64,000 nucleotides of DNA from Bacteroidales bacterium (lineage in GTDB: Bacteria > Bacteroidota > Bacteroidia > Bacteroidales > WCHB1-69), in the NCBI GenBank assembly GCA_045598105.1, contig JAZLLK010000087.1, forward strand, positions 11,772-75,771, read 5' to 3'. The position numbers and the translations under genes were made by a program. The notes under the pieces are model-generated. The model had not been told where the DNA came from, did no database searches, and saw only the letters and a list, made by a program, of their open reading frames with translations. This document shows positions 58,394 through 64,000 of this stretch, piece after piece (position 1 is the stretch's first letter; every line of letters begins with the position of its first letter).

Positions 58394-59023
58394 TTATTTT
58401 GTTTTTTGTTCTACTGATGTGTTATTAGTAAAAAATGATAGCAAAAATTCTACCAAAGTATTAAAAGTATGGGCATAATGATCATATTTACATTGGGTAA
58501 AAAACTGTATTTCCAGTCCTTTGAGTAGCATGGTCATCATGTCGGCAAAGGCTAAAGGGTCTATGGCTATGTTTAACTGCCTGGAGTATATGCCGGATTG
58601 TATTATTTTTACAAATTGGGCGGTTTCCCATTTGTCAAATTCCTGTTTTACATCATTTAAAAAAAACATTTGCTGTTGTGTGGACAATTGCCGGGGAAAT
58701 GCCAGCCGAAGTGTTTGTAAATAACTGGGTGATTGCTGTATAAGCTGCATATGCAGTATTAAATAATGCTTCAGTTGCTCAAATATAGAGTATTCGGGAT
58801 TATTAATAATAGCTTGCAGCTGTTGCTGAAAAACAGCTATTTCATTTCTTACTACAGCAGTAAACAGGCCCTCCTTACTTTCATAATAATAGTACACCGA
58901 GCCTTTGGCCTTTTGTGACAGGCGGGCTATTTCTTCTATCGATGTTTTTACATAGCCGTTTTTATTGAATACCTGGGTAGCTGTTTGTAGTATATGTTCT
59001 TTGGTGGATATTTTGTGTGCCAT
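58394..59023 (-). CDS. TetR/AcrR family transcriptional regulator
   Basis: N-terminal HTH ILQTATQVFNKNGYVKTSIEEIARLSQKAKGSVYYYY. The ATG at 59023 is preferred because a minus-strand TAttTTTG box at 59050-59057 lies inside the longer ORF. Confidence 0.85.
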   Translation of the reverse strand: MAHKISTKEHILQTATQVFNKNGYVKTSIEEIARLSQKAKGSVYYYYESKEGLFTAVVRNEIAVFQQQLQAIINNPEYSIFEQLKHYLILHMQLIQQSPSYLQTLRLAFPRQLSTQQQMFFLNDVKQEFDKWETAQFVKIIQSGIYSRQLNIAIDPLAFADMMTMLLKGLEIQFFTQCKYDHYAHTFNTLVEFLLSFFTNNTSVEQKTK

Positions 59024-59156
59024 ATATGTACGATAAACAAATGAAAGTGCAAAAATACAAAAAAAAATCATATCTCACCTTTTTTTTAATAATTAAATTA
59101 TGCTTATAAAATAGGAGTAATATGTATTTTTATTTTATAGAGGGGCAGCGTAGGGT

Positions 59157-59190
59157 ATATTTGACTTTGCGTATGCTTATAGTCAAATAT
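59157..59190. repeat. 10-bp inverted repeat ATATTTGACT-N14-AGTCAAATAT
   Basis: Perfect arms in the tetR/uvrD intergenic region. Confidence 0.8.
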
Positions 59191-59299
59191 TATCATAAAT
59201 TATATTCCATACATAAGGCGACAGGCGTAGTATTTTTTGTTAACAAAAAGGTATGGAGTAAAAGTTGCAATAAAAAAGGAAGCGGACAAAAAAAAATGT

Positions 59300-59307
59300 T
59301 ATCTTTG
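59300..59307 (+). promoter_or_regulatory. -7 box TAtcTTTG (uvrD)
   Basis: 13 nt upstream of the first in-frame TTG (59320). Confidence 0.5.
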
Positions 59308-59319
59308 CAAGTAAGATAG

Positions 59320-61710
59320 TTGGGAAACTATCAGTTGTATTTTATTAACAATCACATTTATATAAAACACTTGGAAGATTTACTATCACAACTGAATGAA
59401 GTACAGCAGCAAGCGGTAAGCCATATAGACGGGCCTGTAATGGTAATAGCCGGAGCGGGTTCGGGTAAAACGCGTGTACTTACCTACCGTATAGCTTATA
59501 TGATAGCGCAGGGCATAAGTCCGTTTAATATATTAAGTCTTACTTTTACCAATAAGGCCGCACAGGAAATGAAGGACAGGGTGGTAAGCCTGTTAGGAGA
59601 TGCCAAGGGCAATCATGTGTGGATGGGTACTTTTCACTCGGTGTTCAGTAAAATATTGCACATAGAGGCAGCTTATTTGGGCTTTACTTCTAATTTTACC
59701 ATATATGATACCGATGATTGTAAAAGTTTGGTAAAAACCATACTTAAGGAGAATAATCTGGACACTAAGGAGTATAAGGTTACTACGGTAATATCGGAAA
59801 TATCCTCTGCCAAGTCAAATATGATACTGCCTGAAGATTATATAGCCAATGACATTATAGCTGCCAATAATAAGGCACGCCGTATGCCGGAATTGGGAAG
59901 AATATATAGTATATATAATAGCAGGCTTAAGCAGTCAGACGCTATGGATTTTGATGACTTGCTCACCAATATGTACATATTATTGCGTGATTTTCCTGAA
60001 ATATTGCTCAAGTATCAGCATAAATTCCGTTACATTATGGTAGATGAGTATCAGGATACCAATGGTGTACAGTACAAAATATTAAAAAAACTGGCCGGTG
60101 CCTATGAGAATATATGTGTGGTAGGTGATGATGCGCAAAGTATATATTCTTTTCGTGGTGCTGATATAGGTAATATATTGGGTTTTCAGTCTGACTATCC
60201 TGATTGTGAGGTATATAAGCTGGAACAGAACTATCGTTCTACCCAAAATATTATTAATGCGGCTAACGGGGTTATAGCCCATAACAGGCGGCAAATACCC
60301 AAGCTGATATGGACAGCCAATCAGCAGGGAGAAAAGTTACAGTTGGCTTGTCTTTCTTCTGATTTGGAGGAGGCCCTGTATGTGGTAAAAACCATAAGTG
60401 AACTCAAGGAAAAGCATAATTACAGGAATGAGGACTTTGTGGTAATGTACCGTGTAAATTCGCAGTCACGTACATTTGAAGAGGCTTTTCGCCGTATGAA
60501 TATTCCATATCGTATATATGGGGGCATATCGTTTTATGACCGCAAGGAAATAAAGGATATGATGGCTTATTTCAGGCTCACGGTGAATTATAAGGATGAA
60601 GAAGCCTTGCGCCGCATTATTAATTATCCGCAGCGAGGCATAGGCGCTACCACTATGGAAAAGCTCATAGCTGCTGCCGATGATCATAAGGTAAGCTTAT
60701 GGGAAGTAGTGGAAAACCCTTTACAGTATAATGTGAGTTTGTCTTCAGGTATCATTAATACTTTAGATATATTTGTAAATAAAATAAAAAGTTTTCATGC
60801 CGAATTGCAGCAAACCGATGCTTTCCTTTTAGGTAAGCATATAGCACAGTCCAGCGGTATGGAGCAGGCATTAATGGGGTTAAAAGATGAGCCGGAGCGA
60901 TACCAAAACCTGGGAGAATTATTCAATGCCATGCAGGATTTTGTAAACAGGCCGGCCGATACCCGCATAGATATGGAAACGGGGGAGGACTTACAGGATA
61001 AGTTTCCTTCATTGGATTTGTTTTTGAATGAAGCGGCTTTATACACCGATGCCGATAAGGATGATGAAAATCCTGACAAGGTAAAACTCATGACGGTGCA
61101 TGCCACCAAGGGGTTGGAATTTCCCTGTATATTTGTGGTGGGCATGGATGAAGGATTGTTCCCCAGCAGCATGGTGTCAAGTGATAATGAATTGGAGGAA
61201 GAGCGAAGGTTATTCTATGTAGCGCTTACCCGTGCTAAGGAACGGGTGTATATGACTACGGTTCAAAGCCGTATGATATTCGGCAATGTGGTATTCAGTC
61301 AGCCCAGTTCGTTTTTAAAGGAAATAGATACGCAGCTGTTAGCCGTTAACAGGGAGCAGGAATCACAGGCTACCCGCCAAAATTATTATTACAAGCCGGT
61401 ACAAAAGACTGCGTCTTCTTATGTGGCTAAGCCTGTATTTCGCCAAGCTACCATGCAGAAGCCCACATTCAATATGCCACATGAAACACCTGCAGCCAAG
61501 GCTAAGCCTTCTATCAGTTTGGCTCCGGTTATACTTACTGCCAATACCTCTGCCGAGGGCATGAGGGTGTATCATGCCAAATTTGGAGAGGGCGTAATAC
61601 TGGAAATAAATAAGGAAGATAACAGGGTGAAGGTGGACTTTGGTGATAAAGGTCAAAAAACGCTGTTATACAATTTTGCTAAGTTACAACAAATAATAGA
61701 CAATGAATAA
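59320..61710 (+). CDS. uvrD: ATP-dependent DNA helicase, UvrD/PcrA/Rep family
   Basis: AGAGSGKT, VDEYQDTN, and TVHATKGLEF..VALTRA motifs. There is no ATG before the Walker A. Candidate TTG starts are at 59320 or 59371 (LEDLLSQLNEVQQQAV). Confidence 0.9.
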   Translation: MGNYQLYFINNHIYIKHLEDLLSQLNEVQQQAVSHIDGPVMVIAGAGSGKTRVLTYRIAYMIAQGISPFNILSLTFTNKAAQEMKDRVVSLLGDAKGNHVWMGTFHSVFSKILHIEAAYLGFTSNFTIYDTDDCKSLVKTILKENNLDTKEYKVTTVISEISSAKSNMILPEDYIANDIIAANNKARRMPELGRIYSIYNSRLKQSDAMDFDDLLTNMYILLRDFPEILLKYQHKFRYIMVDEYQDTNGVQYKILKKLAGAYENICVVGDDAQSIYSFRGADIGNILGFQSDYPDCEVYKLEQNYRSTQNIINAANGVIAHNRRQIPKLIWTANQQGEKLQLACLSSDLEEALYVVKTISELKEKHNYRNEDFVVMYRVNSQSRTFEEAFRRMNIPYRIYGGISFYDRKEIKDMMAYFRLTVNYKDEEALRRIINYPQRGIGATTMEKLIAAADDHKVSLWEVVENPLQYNVSLSSGIINTLDIFVNKIKSFHAELQQTDAFLLGKHIAQSSGMEQALMGLKDEPERYQNLGELFNAMQDFVNRPADTRIDMETGEDLQDKFPSLDLFLNEAALYTDADKDDENPDKVKLMTVHATKGLEFPCIFVVGMDEGLFPSSMVSSDNELEEERRLFYVALTRAKERVYMTTVQSRMIFGNVVFSQPSSFLKEIDTQLLAVNREQESQATRQNYYYKPVQKTASSYVAKPVFRQATMQKPTFNMPHETPAAKAKPSISLAPVILTANTSAEGMRVYHAKFGEGVILEINKEDNRVKVDFGDKGQKTLLYNFAKLQQIIDNE

Positions 61711-62488
61711 TAGAAAACGCCAACCATTGATATTGCTTACCAATGATGACGGGGTAGATGCCAAAGGCATAAGGGTAATGCTGGAGGTGGTAAAAAATTA
61801 TGGCAGGGTAGTAGTAGTGGCCCCTGCTACGGGTCGCTCGGGTATGAGCCATGCCATTACATTCAGTATGCCACTACGCATACGTAAAATATATCAGGAT
61901 AACAAAGTGGAAATATATCGTTGTAACGGTACACCGGCCGATTGTGTAAAATTGGCCCAGCGTTACATACTCAAAGATAAAAAAATAGACCTTTTGGTAT
62001 CAGGCATTAATCAAGGGTCGAATACCGCCACCAGTACGCACTATTCCGGTACGGTAGCCGCCGCCATGGAAGGATGTATTAATCAGCTTACGGCTGTAGC
62101 TTTTTCGGAGGTGAACTATAATTCCTCTTCACATTTTGAGGCCACCCTGGCCGCCGCCCGTAAAATTATACCTTATGTATTGGAAAAAGGGCTGCCTAAG
62201 CATGTGTGTCTGAATGTAAATGTTCCCTGTGTGCCGCCGGCCGATATTAAAGGGTATAAAATAACCCGTCAGGCTAATAATTACTGGGTGGAGGATATGA
62301 AAGAAAGAAAAGACCCTACGGGTCGTTCCTATTTTTGGATGGATGGTAATATGAAAGAATGTGATAAAGGCAGAGATACCGATCAATGGGCGGTAAAACA
62401 TAATTATGTATCCATTACCCCTATAAGGTCCGATATTACCGATTATGATGCTATAGATGAACTTAAGCAATGGAAATTGAAAAAATAA
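61703..62488 (+). CDS. surE: 5'/3'-nucleotidase SurE
   Basis: ILLTNDDGVDAKGI N-terminus. 8-nt overlap with uvrD. Confidence 0.9.
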   Translation: MNNRKRQPLILLTNDDGVDAKGIRVMLEVVKNYGRVVVVAPATGRSGMSHAITFSMPLRIRKIYQDNKVEIYRCNGTPADCVKLAQRYILKDKKIDLLVSGINQGSNTATSTHYSGTVAAAMEGCINQLTAVAFSEVNYNSSSHFEATLAAARKIIPYVLEKGLPKHVCLNVNVPCVPPADIKGYKITRQANNYWVEDMKERKDPTGRSYFWMDGNMKECDKGRDTDQWAVKHNYVSITPIRSDITDYDAIDELKQWKLKK

Positions 62489-62495
62489 TATATAA

Positions 62496-62813
62496 ATGGA
62501 AGAAATAAATAATAACAAAGAGCAGAATATATTGAAAAAAGACGCTATGTGGTTAGGATTACTTATGGGTGTTGCTGTTCCCGGTGCATTGTATGGGCTG
62601 TTATATGCCATATCGGTGTCATTGGCACCGCAACATGCCGATTTATTAATTAAAAACAGCACCATGATGTTGCTGGCCCTGTTTCCTAATTTGCTTATAA
62701 TGCGGTATTATTTGGTTAAGTTGAAGTTGGACAAAACAGGTAGAGGATTGCTGTTGTCCACCTTTGTACTGGCTATGATATATTTTGCTTTTTATATGAA
62801 GTTTTACGCCTAA
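62496..62813 (+). CDS. Small hypothetical membrane protein
   Basis: Three predicted hydrophobic helices. No recognisable motif. Confidence 0.4.
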   Translation: MEEINNNKEQNILKKDAMWLGLLMGVAVPGALYGLLYAISVSLAPQHADLLIKNSTMMLLALFPNLLIMRYYLVKLKLDKTGRGLLLSTFVLAMIYFAFYMKFYA

Positions 62814-62822
62814 AAACCAATC

Positions 62823-63788
62823 ATGAGCCAAGACTTATACACATCCATACATCAACCCATGCAGGTATTTAGAGAACAATATAAATCCATGTTGTTTTCA
62901 CATGCCGATGATAGAATAATGCCCTATATGGAGCAGGTGTGGGAGCAGTCCGGCAAGCAATTGAGGCCGGCCATGGTATTGTTATCGGCTATAATGAACG
63001 GAGGCGTACAGGAAGATACTTATAAAGTAGCCATGCTTATGGAAATGGTGCATGGCGCCTCTATTATACATGATGATGTGGTAGATAATGGTATGCTTCG
63101 CAGAGGCATGCCTTCCATTAATGTGCATTATGGTAATCAGGTGGCAGTGCTACTGGGCGACTATGTATTGTCACATTGCATGCAAATGGTGAGCGATCAC
63201 GCCTATATGGTAAAGTTATTGGCCCATGTTACCCATAAAATGGCCGAAGGAGAACTTATACAGTTGCGGTGCAAGCATACATATGTTATAAGTGAAGCCG
63301 ATTATTATGAAATAATAAGGAATAAAACAGCGGAGCTGTTCTCCGCATGTATGGTTGGCGGAGTGCAGTCGGTAGCAGGTAATAATACCGCGTTGCTTTC
63401 ACGGTGGGCCGAGGCGGGCATTCATTTTGGGCTTATGTATCAGTTGTGTGATGATATATCCGATTACTATACCAAAGATGACAAAAAAGACAACCATAAG
63501 GATATACAGGAGCATAAAATTACCCTGCCATTAATAGCAGCTCTGCAGCATTGTAACGCTGAGGAAAAAGAGCAGTTGGAGCAACTTTATTTACATCATG
63601 AAGGTAGGCCGGAGCAAATACGGCGTATATGCTCCATGGTAGCCGAAAAAGGCGGATTAGATTATACCATGCAGGCCGCCTTGCGGCAAAAAGAGCAGCT
63701 GGAAGCCTTTATATTGTCATATCCCTGTACGGAACATACCCGTACATATATGAATATTATCCGATATGTAGTGGAACAGGTAAAATAA
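62823..63788 (+). CDS. Polyprenyl diphosphate synthase (trans-IPPS family)
   Basis: First and second Asp-rich motifs (IIHDDVVDN and CDDISDY). Confidence 0.88.
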   Translation: MSQDLYTSIHQPMQVFREQYKSMLFSHADDRIMPYMEQVWEQSGKQLRPAMVLLSAIMNGGVQEDTYKVAMLMEMVHGASIIHDDVVDNGMLRRGMPSINVHYGNQVAVLLGDYVLSHCMQMVSDHAYMVKLLAHVTHKMAEGELIQLRCKHTYVISEADYYEIIRNKTAELFSACMVGGVQSVAGNNTALLSRWAEAGIHFGLMYQLCDDISDYYTKDDKKDNHKDIQEHKITLPLIAALQHCNAEEKEQLEQLYLHHEGRPEQIRRICSMVAEKGGLDYTMQAALRQKEQLEAFILSYPCTEHTRTYMNIIRYVVEQVK

Positions 63789-63796
63789 ATACAGGC

Positions 63797-64000
63797 ATGA
63801 CAAAATTCATACTTAAAAGGGTGGCTTACGGAGTATTGGTAATGCTGGGTGTAATAACAATTATATTCCTGCTGTTTTCGGTATTGCCCGGTGACAGTGC
63901 CGTTATGACCATGGGTCAGCGATCTGATGTGGCCAGTGAGGAAGCCGTGCGAAAAGAAATGGGTTTAGATTTACCCTTAGGTGTGCGATATATTAATTAT
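63797..64000 (+). CDS. ABC transporter permease, Dpp/Opp type (5' part, runs off the window)
   Basis: MTKFILKRVAYGVLVMLGVITIIFLLFSVLPGDSA...LGLDLPL matches the usual N-terminus of DppB/OppB-family permeases. Confidence 0.7.
   Translation, partial: MTKFILKRVAYGVLVMLGVITIIFLLFSVLPGDSAVMTMGQRSDVASEEAVRKEMGLDLPLGVRYINY

Overview
This is a low-GC Bacteroidota chromosomal window. The phylum call rests on T9SS C-terminal sorting domains, a PorQ-like gene, and TAnnTTTG -7 promoter boxes in front of most operons. Ferredoxins, Hdr-type Fe-S proteins and a NifX-like domain suggest an anaerobe. Most of the window is core housekeeping: nadA, comM, ybeY, mnmG, ssb, mreB, purH, gmk, yidD, tRNA-Asp, mtgA, rnpA, secDF, clpXP, tig, panCD, bcp, lptB, purL, tsaC, phoH, uvrD and surE. 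TGA is an ordinary stop (genetic code 11). I saw no CRISPR array, transposase, integrase or prophage. The best candidate for an undescribed system is the five-gene Hdr-like operon at 570-5498. It joins HdrC-, HdrB- and HdrA-like proteins and a ferredoxin to a NarI/DsrM-like membrane domain fused to a DsrK/HdrD-like domain, and it sits beside a divergent AraC-type regulator with phased direct repeats. Other points of note: (1) two near-consensus parS sites bracket mnmG; (2) a promoter-to-terminator unit with a 17-bp perfect stem at about 26.2-26.35 kb may be an sRNA or a small hydrophobic peptide gene; (3) an AT-rich restriction-modification islet has an intact SPPY methyltransferase but an endonuclease gene that looks disrupted; (4) an Mrp/NBP35 ATPase is fused to a NifX-like domain with a Cys/His tail; (5) a UDP-xylose-type glycosylation trio; (6) a secreted T9SS-cargo, lipase and beta-propeller operon. 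All functional calls come from reading motifs by eye. No database search was run.
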